From positions 384,001-448,000 of the forward strand of contig CAVYSW010000009.1 of the NCBI GenBank assembly GCA_963771275.1: 64,000 nt of DNA. Direction: 5' to 3'. The stretch comes from an uncultured Gemmatimonadales bacterium (lineage in GTDB: Bacteria > Gemmatimonadota > Gemmatimonadetes > Gemmatimonadales > GWC2-71-9). The translations under genes and the position numbers were made by a program. Below the pieces are notes generated by a model. It did no database searches. It had not been told where the DNA came from and was given only the letters and a program-made list of their open reading frames with translations. Below are positions 47,323 to 56,900 of the stretch, piece by piece (the first letter of the stretch is position 1; each line of letters opens with the position of its first letter).

Positions 47323-47982
47323 GTGCGTGACCACCATCTCCTGATCCACCGCTCGGCCCGGTTTGTGACCCTCGGCCCCACCGACGGGTCGGCACGCGAG
47401 GTCTGGGTGGTGCTGCACGGCTACGGGCAACTTGCGGCCAAGTTCGCGGAGGCCTTCACCCCGCTGGACGACGGCACGCGACTCATCGTGGCACCCGAGG
47501 GGCTGTCCCGCTTCTACCTGGACTCAAGCGGCGGGCGGGTGGGGGCCTCATGGATGACCCGCGAGGACCGCGACGTCGAGATCGACGACTACGTGCGCTA
47601 CCTCGATGCCGTGGCCGAAGCCGTGACCACCGGCTTCCCACCCCGGCCGCTGCACCTGCTGGGGTTCTCGCAGGGCTGCGCGACGGCCTGTCGCTGGGTC
47701 GAGCGGGGTCAGGTGCAGCCGGCCCGCCTGATCGTGTGGGGCGGCGAGATCCCCCCGGACCTCGACTGGAGCCGGGCCCGCCCCCGCTTCGCGCGGGTAC
47801 CCACCGTCCTGGTTGCCGGAACGGAGGACCGCTACGTCCCCCCGGAGGCGCTGACCCAGTTCGGGGCGCAGCTCGCGCTGAACGGTGTGCGTCACGCGGT
47901 CGTCCGGTTTCCCGGCGGCCATGAAATCCACCCTCCGACGCTGTGCGAGCTGGCCGGCCGCCCTGACCAGGGAGTCTTGTGA
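47323..47982 (+). CDS. Alpha/beta hydrolase (phospholipase/carboxylesterase-like)
   Basis: LHGYGQ, GFSQG nucleophile elbow, GTED and GGH motifs. Confidence 0.85.
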   Translation: MRDHHLLIHRSARFVTLGPTDGSAREVWVVLHGYGQLAAKFAEAFTPLDDGTRLIVAPEGLSRFYLDSSGGRVGASWMTREDRDVEIDDYVRYLDAVAEAVTTGFPPRPLHLLGFSQGCATACRWVERGQVQPARLIVWGGEIPPDLDWSRARPRFARVPTVLVAGTEDRYVPPEALTQFGAQLALNGVRHAVVRFPGGHEIHPPTLCELAGRPDQGVL

Positions 47983-47984
47983 TC

Positions 47985-48038
47985 TGACCACGAGTCAGCT
48001 ATTATGTGACCAGCAGTCACTAAACTGACCGGCGATCA
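47985..48038. promoter_or_regulatory. Three TGAC-N5-(G/A)TCA operators upstream of tetR
   Basis: TGACCACGAGTCA 47985, TGACCAGCAGTCA 48007, TGACCGGCGATCA 48026, flanking TATTAT at 48000. Confidence 0.65.
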
Positions 48039-48040
48039 CG

Positions 48041-48694
48041 ATGGCTCTGGGACAGCGGGCGCGTTCAGCGGAAGCGAAAGCCGAGCGACGGGACGTCATG
48101 CTCGCGGCAGCGCGGGACCGCATCGCGAGCGGGCATCCGGCGGACATCTCCATGGCTCAGGTCGCCGCCGCCGCGGGCGTCGCGAAGGGCACCCTGTACC
48201 TCTACTTCAAGACCAAGGAAGAGCTGTTTCTGGCGCTGCTCGAGCAGGACTTCGACGCCTGGTTCGACGCGCTCGATTCCGCCCTCGGTTACGGAGCCGG
48301 GCGCCTCCAGGCGACGGCGCTGTCGGACGTGCTGGTGGGGTCGCTGGCGGAGCGACCGGCCCTGCGGCGTCTGCTGGCCCTGCTGGGACCGGTCATCGAG
48401 CAGAACGTCGAATACGACCGCGCGCTCCGCTTCAAGTGGCGGCTTGCCGCGCGCATGACGGCCACGGGCGCGCTGCTCGAGCGGCGTACGGTGTTCCTCC
48501 GGCCCGGGGACGGCGTGCGGCTGCTGCAGCAGCTCCACGCGCTCGCGGCGGGGCTACAGCAGCTGGCGGAGCCTGCGCCCGTGATGCGACGCATCCTCGA
48601 GGCGCCGGGGATGGAGGTGCTCCGCGTGGATTTCGAGCGCGAGCTGCGCGCGGCCGTGCGGGCGCTGCTCACGGGCCTGGAGCGGACCAACTGA
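48041..48694 (+). CDS. TetR-family regulator
   Basis: VAAAAGVAKGTLYLYFKTKEELF HTH. Confidence 0.92.
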   Translation: MALGQRARSAEAKAERRDVMLAAARDRIASGHPADISMAQVAAAAGVAKGTLYLYFKTKEELFLALLEQDFDAWFDALDSALGYGAGRLQATALSDVLVGSLAERPALRRLLALLGPVIEQNVEYDRALRFKWRLAARMTATGALLERRTVFLRPGDGVRLLQQLHALAAGLQQLAEPAPVMRRILEAPGMEVLRVDFERELRAAVRALLTGLERTN

Positions 48695-48713
48695 CGACCG
48701 CGAGCGCACGACC

Positions 48714-49493
48714 ATGACCACCGCTCTCATCACCGGGGCGTCCGGCGGGATCGGCCTCGAGCTTGCGCGGCGGTTTGGGCGCGGCGGGCACGACCTGATT
48801 CTCGTGGCGCGCCGCGCGGAGCGGCTGGCCGAGCTGGCGGACGGGCTGCGGCGCGATGCCGGCGTCTCCGTGACCCCGCTTCCGGCGGATCTCGCCGATC
48901 CGGGCGCCCCGCGGCTGCTCGCCGAAGCGCTCGCCGGCCGGGGTCTCGTCGTGGACGTCCTGATCAACAACGCCGGCGTCGGCCTGTTCGGTCCGTTCGC
49001 GCGCACGGCACTCGACGCCGAGCTCGCGATGATCCGGCTCAACCTCACGAACCTGGTGTCCCTGACCAAGCTGCTGCTGCCGGGGATGCTGGCGCGGGGT
49101 CACGGCCGGATCGTGAACGTGGCCTCGACGGCGGGATTCCAGCCGGGGCCCCTGATGAGCGTCTACTACGCGACCAAGGCGTTCGTGATCTCGTTTTCGG
49201 AGGCGCTGGCGGAGGAGCTGGCAGGCTCCGGCATCACGGTGACCGCGGCCTGCCCCGGACCGACGCGGACGGGCTTCCAGGCCGCCGCGGGGCTGACCGG
49301 CCAGCGCGTGCTGCAGCGCGGCATCGTGATGGACGCAGGCGCGGTGGCGGAGGCGATCTACCGCGGCGCAATCGCCGGGCGGCGGCTGGTGATCCCGGGG
49401 CTGCTCAACCGGGTGCACCTCCAGGTGCTGCGCCTCGCCCCGCGGCGAGTGGTGACGCGCTTCGTGCGGCTCGTCAACAGCACGTTCACCTAG
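48714..49493 (+). CDS. Short-chain dehydrogenase/reductase
   Basis: TGASGGIG, NNAG and YYATK motifs. Confidence 0.92.
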   Translation: MTTALITGASGGIGLELARRFGRGGHDLILVARRAERLAELADGLRRDAGVSVTPLPADLADPGAPRLLAEALAGRGLVVDVLINNAGVGLFGPFARTALDAELAMIRLNLTNLVSLTKLLLPGMLARGHGRIVNVASTAGFQPGPLMSVYYATKAFVISFSEALAEELAGSGITVTAACPGPTRTGFQAAAGLTGQRVLQRGIVMDAGAVAEAIYRGAIAGRRLVIPGLLNRVHLQVLRLAPRRVVTRFVRLVNSTFT

Positions 49494-49503
49494 ACCCTGA
49501 GGG

Positions 49504-50112
49504 CTAGCCGGAGGCCTTCCCGAGGTACAGCACGATCCGCTGCATCTCATCCTGGCTCAGCACCGAGCCGAGCATCTTCTCCATGTGCACGTTCATCCGC
49601 CGCACGACGGCCACCCAATCTTGGGCCGAGTGCTGCTTGGGATCCGGCAGCCCATGGCACTGGCTGCACGTGGCGACGAAGCGGTCCTTCCCGGGCGCGT
49701 CGGGCAGGACCCCGGACGTGACCTGGAGCGCGTGCGCGAGCAGGTACTCCAGGATCACCGTGCGCTCGGCGTCGTCCGGGACCGCGACGTGATACGTCGT
49801 GTCGATCTTCCCCATCCGCAGCCACATGCGCCGCAGCACCACCGGCCAGTCGGTCTGCGCGTGAGAGGACGGCGCCGGGGTGCCGTGGCAGCCCTGCCCG
49901 CAGTACTTGGCGACGAGCTCGGCGCCTTTGCTCTGGGGGTCCGGCAGATCCGCGGCGGCAACGCCGGGCGGCAGGGCCACCGTGGCGGCGGCGAGCAGCA
50001 GATTGCGGGTTGCCGCCGAGCCCTGCTGCTCCACCGGAGGCGCCGCCGAGCGCGAGCACCCGATCAGCCCCGCGATGCACATCCCCCCAAGCACCCACGA
50101 ACGTCCCGCCAT
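49504..50112 (-). CDS. Diheme c-type cytochrome lipoprotein (one CX3CH, one CXXCH)
   Basis: Lipobox LIGC; CGQGCH...W..V..RM and CSQCH...W..VV.RM repeated domains. Confidence 0.75.
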   Translation of the reverse strand: MAGRSWVLGGMCIAGLIGCSRSAAPPVEQQGSAATRNLLLAAATVALPPGVAAADLPDPQSKGAELVAKYCGQGCHGTPAPSSHAQTDWPVVLRRMWLRMGKIDTTYHVAVPDDAERTVILEYLLAHALQVTSGVLPDAPGKDRFVATCSQCHGLPDPKQHSAQDWVAVVRRMNVHMEKMLGSVLSQDEMQRIVLYLGKASG

Positions 50113-50219
50113 GGCGCATCCCCTCATGTCGTGTGTCGAGTGTCCGGTCCGGACCCGCCGCGCCGCGCCGCGCTTTGTAAGAGATGATGGCGGGGGCCGG
50201 AACGCAACCGCCTGGCGCC

Positions 50220-50891
50220 TCACGTCGGCTTCCGGGGCTCGACGCGCGCCAGCCGCTGGAGGTTCTTGTCGAACCGGGCCGCCAGGGAGACGAACATCGC
50301 CGCGCTGACCGCGATGAACACCCAGTTCGCGATCTCCTCCACCGCGCCCGGCGCGACCCCTTTCCACACCGCGGCGGTGTACAGGCCCGCGTTGGCGAGG
50401 AACAACAGGATGCGCACCTCGGTCGGTCCGAAGATCCCGTAGGAGATCTCGAACACCCCGAAGACCGACGATTCCAGGTAGACGTTGATCGACAGGATCA
50501 AGTAGACGATCACCAGCAACATGGCGAGCGGCAGGTCCACGTACGGGGACAGCCCGATGCCTACCCCGATCATCGTCGTGTTGATCGCATCCACCCAGTG
50601 GTCGATATAGTAGCCGTACTTGGGACGCTCGATCTTGCGCACCCGAGCGAGCGTTCCGTCGAGGCTGTCACCCACCCAGTTGAGGAACAGCCCGCCGTTG
50701 GCGAGCCAGAGCCACCCCGGATGGCGGGCGCTGAGCGCGTACCCCGCGCCGACGCAGATCGCGCCCACCATGCCCAGGGCGGTGAGGTGATCCGGCAGCC
50801 AGCTGGCCGGCAGCCGGGCCGCGATCCATCTCAGCAACCGGCGCTCGGGCTCGCCGAGCAGGAACGTCATTTCGCGCTTGGCCGTTTCCAT
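50220..50891 (-). CDS. CDP-alcohol phosphatidyltransferase
   Basis: DSLDGTLAR...YGYYIDHWVD signature; ATG 50891. Confidence 0.88.
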   Translation of the reverse strand: METAKREMTFLLGEPERRLLRWIAARLPASWLPDHLTALGMVGAICVGAGYALSARHPGWLWLANGGLFLNWVGDSLDGTLARVRKIERPKYGYYIDHWVDAINTTMIGVGIGLSPYVDLPLAMLLVIVYLILSINVYLESSVFGVFEISYGIFGPTEVRILLFLANAGLYTAAVWKGVAPGAVEEIANWVFIAVSAAMFVSLAARFDKNLQRLARVEPRKPT

Positions 50892-51382
50892 AGCAACCTC
50901 ACCGAGGGGAGCAGCATCACGGCGAACACCGCCACGAGGATCCACGTCGGGATCCGCACGATGATCCCGAGCCACGCCAACAGGACATAGCGCGGAAACC
51001 GCCCGACGGCCACCGCCAGCAGATAGCGGCCCAGCGGGTAGGCCTCGGCGAACGCCATCGCCTTGAACGGGAAGAACGGCAGGGGCGAGACCCCCGAGAG
51101 CATGAGGACCAGGAATGGCCAGCGCGAAAACCGCGCGCGCAGCCAGCCCACGGTGCCGGCGGCAAAGAACGGCTTGTCCTGGACCCGCTCGATCAGCGGG
51201 ACGAACACCCGGTGGTCCACCCATCCGGCGGCGACCGTCCCCGCCGTGGCGATCACCGCGGTGGCCCAGATGCCGTACGCGCCGCCGAACCAGATCACGA
51301 TGGGCTCGTGCGGGACGACGGCCAGGGCCACGTTGGAGACGAACGCGTACGCAAACAGCGTCGCGACAAGGGCAAGCGGCAT
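50867..51382 (-). CDS. DedA/VTT-domain membrane protein
   Basis: Re-entrant VPHEP, SPLPFFPFK and AVAVGRFPRY motifs; ATG 51382. Confidence 0.7.
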   Translation of the reverse strand: MPLALVATLFAYAFVSNVALAVVPHEPIVIWFGGAYGIWATAVIATAGTVAAGWVDHRVFVPLIERVQDKPFFAAGTVGWLRARFSRWPFLVLMLSGVSPLPFFPFKAMAFAEAYPLGRYLLAVAVGRFPRYVLLAWLGIIVRIPTWILVAVFAVMLLPSVRLLWKRPSAK

Positions 51383-51421
51383 CGTGGCCCTCCCCGGGGC
51401 GACTGGGTAGATTGGCCGCTC

Positions 51422-52906
51422 GTGAGCCTGCTGCGGCTGGAAGATATCACCAAGCGGTATCCCGGGGTCACCGCGCTCGACGCCGTCGGGCTGGAGCTCG
51501 CGGCGGGCTCGGTGCACGCGCTGATCGGCGAGAACGGCGCCGGCAAGTCCACGCTCCTCAAGATCCTCGCCGGCGCCGAGCGGCCGGACGCGGGCCGCGT
51601 GCTGCTGGACGGCGAGCCCCTCGCGCTCACCGCACCGCGCCAGGCCCTGGACCGCGGCATCACGGTCATCTACCAGGAGCTGACGCTCGTGCCGGAGCTG
51701 GGGGCCGACGCCAACGTGTTCCTCGGCATGGAGCCCGTGCGCGGGCTCGCGCTCGACCGCCGGGCCATGCGGGAGCGCGCCGGCGCGACGCTGGCGAGCC
51801 TGGGTCTCCCGCTCCCGGATCCCGGCATTCCGGTCAAGCGGCTCTCGATCGCGCAGCGGCAGCTGGTGGAGCTGGCCCGCGCCTTGGTGCGCCGGGCGCG
51901 GGTGATCGCGCTGGACGAGCCGACCGCGACGCTCACGCAGACCGAGGTCACCCATCTCTTCGGGCAGATCGCGCGGCTGCGCGAGCGCGGGGCCGGGATC
52001 ATCTTCGTGTCGCACCGGCTGGACGAGGTCCGGCAGATCGCCGACGAGATCACGGTGCTGCGCGACGGCGCGGCCGTGTGGCACGGACCGGCGCGCGAGG
52101 TCGACGACGCGGGGCTCATTCGCCTCATGGTGGGACGCGACGTCGAGTACCTGCGCCAGCCGCCGGCCGGTCCGCCGGCGCCGACCCCCCGGCTGGAGGT
52201 CATGGGGCTCACGCGCGAGCCGGGGTTCCGGGATGTGAGCTTCACGGTACGGCCGGGCGAGATCGTGGCGCTCGCGGGGCTGGTGGGGGCCGGACGGACG
52301 GAGGTGGCGCGCTGCCTCGCCGGCGCCGACCGGTGGACCGGGGGCCGCGTGCGCCTCGCCGGCCGGGACTACCACCCGCGCGGCCCGCGCGACGGGATTC
52401 GCCGGGGTCTGGTGTACCTCCCCGAGGACCGCAAGCGCGACGGGTTGATTCTGGGGTTCACGGTCGGCGCCAACACGACGCTCCCGGTGCTGCGCCGCTT
52501 CGCGCGGCTGGGCATCGTGCGCGGACCCGCCGAGCGCCACGCGGCCGAGGAGGTGGTCGAGCGCATTCAGCTGCGCCCGCCCGACGTGGATCGCGTGACG
52601 CGCACGCTCTCGGGGGGTAACCAGCAGAAGGTCGTGCTGGCCAAGTGGCTCCTGGCCGACGCGGAGGTCCTGATCGTGGACGAGCCGACCCGCGGCGTGG
52701 ACGTGGGGGCGAAGATCGAGCTGCACCGGCAGATCCGGGGGTTGGCGAATCTCGGGAAGGCGGTGCTGGTCATCTCCTCCGAGATGCCCGAGGTGCTGGC
52801 CCTGGCCGATCGCGTCGTCGTGATGCGCGAGGGCCGGGTGGCCGGCGAGCTGGCGGCGGCGGACGCGACGGCGGAGCGGATCATGGCTTTGGCGGTGGCG
52901 GCATGA
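51422..52906 (+). CDS. Monosaccharide ABC transporter ATPase (RbsA-like, two NBDs)
   Basis: GENGAGKSTL, LDEPT, LSGGNQQKV and RGVDVGAK motifs. Confidence 0.92.
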   Translation: MSLLRLEDITKRYPGVTALDAVGLELAAGSVHALIGENGAGKSTLLKILAGAERPDAGRVLLDGEPLALTAPRQALDRGITVIYQELTLVPELGADANVFLGMEPVRGLALDRRAMRERAGATLASLGLPLPDPGIPVKRLSIAQRQLVELARALVRRARVIALDEPTATLTQTEVTHLFGQIARLRERGAGIIFVSHRLDEVRQIADEITVLRDGAAVWHGPAREVDDAGLIRLMVGRDVEYLRQPPAGPPAPTPRLEVMGLTREPGFRDVSFTVRPGEIVALAGLVGAGRTEVARCLAGADRWTGGRVRLAGRDYHPRGPRDGIRRGLVYLPEDRKRDGLILGFTVGANTTLPVLRRFARLGIVRGPAERHAAEEVVERIQLRPPDVDRVTRTLSGGNQQKVVLAKWLLADAEVLIVDEPTRGVDVGAKIELHRQIRGLANLGKAVLVISSEMPEVLALADRVVVMREGRVAGELAAADATAERIMALAVAA

Positions 52907-53922
52907 GATCGTGGATCGGGCGGTACGGCGTCGGCCTGGCGCTCCTGCTGCTCACGGCGATCGCGGCGGTGACGGTGCCGGGCTTCTTCACGCGCGAGAA
53001 CCTCACGATCGTGCTGCTCCACGTGTCGATCAACGCGATCCTGGCACTGGGCATGACGTTCGTGATCGTGGCGGCCGGCATCGACCTCTCCGTCGGATCG
53101 GTGCTCGGGCTGGCGGGCGTCCTGGCGGCGGCGACGCTCACGAGCGGTCCGCTGCTACAGGCGGTGGGTGTGGGTGGTGCCGTCGCGGCCGCGCTCATCG
53201 TGGGGCTCGGCACCGGCGTCGGCGTGGGGGCGGTGAATGGCGCCGTGACCGCCTGGTTCGGCGTGGCGCCCTTCATGGTGACGCTCGCCGCGATGACGAT
53301 CGCGCGCGGGGCCGCCCGGCTGTTCACCGGCGGCGTGCCGATCGGCTTCCCGGCCATCGGCGATCCGCAGTTCGCCGCCAAGGTGGCCGCCCTCGACGCG
53401 CTGCACGAGCTGGGCGGCGGCCGGCTGCCCGTCCCCGGGCTGCCACGCGGCTTTCCCGTGCCCGCCCTGGTGATGCTGCTGCTCGCGGTGCTCGCGGCGT
53501 TCGTGCTCACCCGCACGCGGTTCGGCCGCTACGTCTACGCCGTGGGGGGCAACGAGGAGGCCGCCCGCCTTGCCGGCGTGCCGATCCGGGCGGTGAAGCT
53601 CGCGGTCTACGCCATCGCGGGCGCCTGCGCCGGGCTGGCGGGCATCCTGCTGGTGGGTCAGCTCCGCTCGGGCGGGCCGGACGCCGGACTGCTGTACGAG
53701 CTCAATGCCATCGCCGCGGCCGTGATCGGCGGCGCCTCGCTGTTCGGCGGCATTGGCACCGCCTGGGGCGCGCTGGTGGGCGCGCTGATGATCGGCGTGC
53801 TCAACAACGCGCTCGATCTGCTCGGCGTGCAGTCCTTCTGGCAGGAGATTGTGAAGGGCGGCATCATCCTCCTCGCGGTACTGTTCGACGTCTGGACCAA
53901 ACGTGGAGCGCAGCGTGCGTAG
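52903..53922 (+). CDS. Monosaccharide ABC permease (RbsC-like)
   Basis: GIDLSVGS, FGRYVYAVGGNEEAA and YELNAIAAAVIGG motifs. Confidence 0.92.
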   Translation: MRSWIGRYGVGLALLLLTAIAAVTVPGFFTRENLTIVLLHVSINAILALGMTFVIVAAGIDLSVGSVLGLAGVLAAATLTSGPLLQAVGVGGAVAAALIVGLGTGVGVGAVNGAVTAWFGVAPFMVTLAAMTIARGAARLFTGGVPIGFPAIGDPQFAAKVAALDALHELGGGRLPVPGLPRGFPVPALVMLLLAVLAAFVLTRTRFGRYVYAVGGNEEAARLAGVPIRAVKLAVYAIAGACAGLAGILLVGQLRSGGPDAGLLYELNAIAAAVIGGASLFGGIGTAWGALVGALMIGVLNNALDLLGVQSFWQEIVKGGIILLAVLFDVWTKRGAQRA

Positions 53923-56900
53923 GACGTTCCTGTTGCTCGCCGTCGCGGCGGCTGGACTCACCCCCCGGGCTCAGGCCCAGGATCGCCTGATCAGCGACTG
54001 GCTGATTCGGGCGCCGATCCCGGCGGACCAGGGCGATGCCGGTGTCCTCAAGGACTACCTCGGCAACGAAGCGACCGTGCTGCCGGCACCGGGGGACACG
54101 GCCGCAGGCGGGCCGTTCCGGCTGATCCACGCGGATTCGCTGGGGCGCGTGAATCTCACCGCGCTCGCGGGGCCGTCCGACTGGAGTGTGGCCTACGCGC
54201 ACACCTACGTGCTCGCGCCCACGGAGCGCACCATCCTGCTCGTGATGGACAGCGATGATGACATCGTGGCCCGGGTGAACGGCCAGCGCGTGTGGGTGCA
54301 CGTCGTTCCCCGTGGCATCGGCCCCGGGCGCGACACGGTGCGCGTGCGGCTGGCCGCCGGCTGGAACAGCGTGCTGCTCAAGGTCGTGAACCGGACCGGC
54401 GGGTTCGACCTGCTCGGCAGGCTGGCCGACGCACCGGGGGGCGGCAGCGTGGGCGACCTCACGCTCTCCACCGACCGCCCACCGGGCATGACGGCGCACC
54501 GCTACCCGGCCGCCACGGTGGAGCTCGGGCCGCTCACCGTGAGCGGAACGGCGCGGTGGAAGCGCGGCGACCTGCTGGTGAGCGCAGCAGTGGCGGTGAC
54601 CGCCTGGGGAGCCGACACGATCCGCGACGCCCGGGTCACGGTGTCGGGCGCGCGGCAGACCCTGATCGACCGGACGGTCGCGGCTCTGGCGCCCGGAGAG
54701 CCGCTGCCGATCGACCTCCCGGCCCGGTTCGACGATCTCAAGGACGCGGCGGCGGGCCGGCGGCCGCTCACGGCGACCGCGCGCACCGGCGGCGGCGCGC
54801 GACGCACCGCGCTGTTCGTCGATCCCGAGCCGCTCCTCAGGCTGCAGGGGGGGCCCCTCGACGTGTTCGACCCCGTGGCCGATACCTCGCCGCCGGTGGC
54901 GCCGTTCCGGACGACCCTGGTAGTGCCACCCGCCTACGGCGGCCTGACCCTCGACCTGCTCACGCTCGGCATGGGGCGCGGGGCGCGCTACGTGGTGAAC
55001 GGCGCGGCACGCTCCTGGGACGCGGGCCGCATCCCGCTGTGCGGGCCGTGCCGGGTCGGGGAGACGCTCGCGCTCGCGATCACGCCGGACCCCGCGCGCC
55101 CACTGTGGTTCGCGCCGCGGGCGCAGGTGCGTGAGGCCGGGTTCGCCGAGTACGCCGACGGCTACCGCTACGCCCAGGCACTCGAGGGCGCGGCGCCGGC
55201 CATCACGCGCCCCGATCCCGCCGCGTGGCTGGCGGCGCTCGGCACGCCGGCCGACGCGGCGCTGCGCGAGCGGTACCGCGCAGCGTACGCCCCGCTCGCG
55301 CAGCGCATCCGGCAGGACACGCTGCTCCTGATCGGGAACTCGCACATCGACGCCGCGTGGCTGTGGCGCTGGCGCGAGACGATCGACGTGATCCGCAATA
55401 CCTGGCGCACGTCGCTCAAGCTCGCCGACATCTTTCCCGGGTACGTGTTCGCGGGGAGCAGCGCCGCGTTCTACGACGCGATGGACCGGCTGGAGCCCGG
55501 GCTCGCGGACTCGCTGCGCGCGGCGACCCGCGCCGGAGCGTGGGCGCCGGTGGGCGGGTGGTGGGTCGAGTCGGACATGAACAACGCGTCGGGGGAATCG
55601 CTCATCCGGCAGGGGCTGTACGGCCAGCGCTACTTTCAGCGCCGCTTCGGCATGCGCTCCACGGTCGCGTGGACGCCCGACACGTTCGGCTACCCGTGGA
55701 CCGTGCCGCAGATCCTCAAGGGCACGGGGTTCGACTATTTCGTCACCCAGAAGATCCGCTGGAACGACTCGACGGAGTTCCCGTACAACGCGTTCATCTG
55801 GGAGGGCCGGGACGGCAGCCGGATCTTCGCCTACAACCCCTACGGCTACACGCACGACCTAGCCCCCGCCGACCTGATCCGCGAGCGGGTCGAGGATCGG
55901 GCGCGCACGGGCAATCACCACCAGATCGTGCTGTACGGCGTGGGCGACCACGGCGGCGGGCCGACGATCGAGATGCTGGAGCGGGCCGAGCGCCTGCGCC
56001 GGGTGCCGACGTTTCCGGTGATGCGCTACGCCGGCCCCGAGGAGGCGCTCCCCGCGGTGGCGCACGACACGCCGGCGGCGGGCTTCCCGGTGTGGCGGGA
56101 CGAGATGTACCTCGAGTACCACCGCGGCACCTACACCACCCAGGCGGCGATGAAGCGGCGCAACCGGGAGAGCGAAATCCGGCTGCAGACGGCGGAAGCG
56201 CTCGCGACCGTCGACCCGGGGGCGTACCCCCATGCGCAGCTCGAGAGCGCGTGGCGCCGGGTGCTGTTCAACGAGTTCCACGACATCCTGCCCGGGTCGG
56301 GCATCGACAGCGTCTATCTCGACGCCAACGCCAACTACGACAGCGCGTGGGCGACGCTCGACACGGTGACCGCGTCGGCATTCGAGCTGCTGCGCGCCCG
56401 CATGGACACGCGGGGCCGCGGCACGCCGGTCGTCGTGTTCAACGCGTTGTCGTGGGCCCGGGGCGGCCGGGTACCGGTGGCGGGCCCGGCAGGCGACACA
56501 ACTTGGCTCGTCGTGGACTCGGTGCCGCCGCTCGGCGCGCGTGTGGCGCATCTCCCCGGCGGCGCGCGGCCGGCCTCGTTCGCCAGGCTGCCGGCGCCCA
56601 GCGCCGGCGCGGGCTGGATCGAGAACGCGTTTCTCCGGGTGGAGATCGACACGCTCACGGGGACGGTCACCCGGATTCGCGACAAGCGCCATGGGCGGGA
56701 GGTGCTCGCCCAAGGGGGCCGCGCCAACGTGCTCCAGGTGCTCGACGACCGGCCAGCCCAGTGGGATGCGTGGGACATCATGCCCAATCCCGAGACTTGG
56801 GAAGTGACGGCGGTACGGCAGACCGGCGGTACGGCGGACCGCGACGCCGCGCGGTTCACGGTCGAGCGTAGCTGGGGGACCTCCGTATTCCGGCAGGCAC

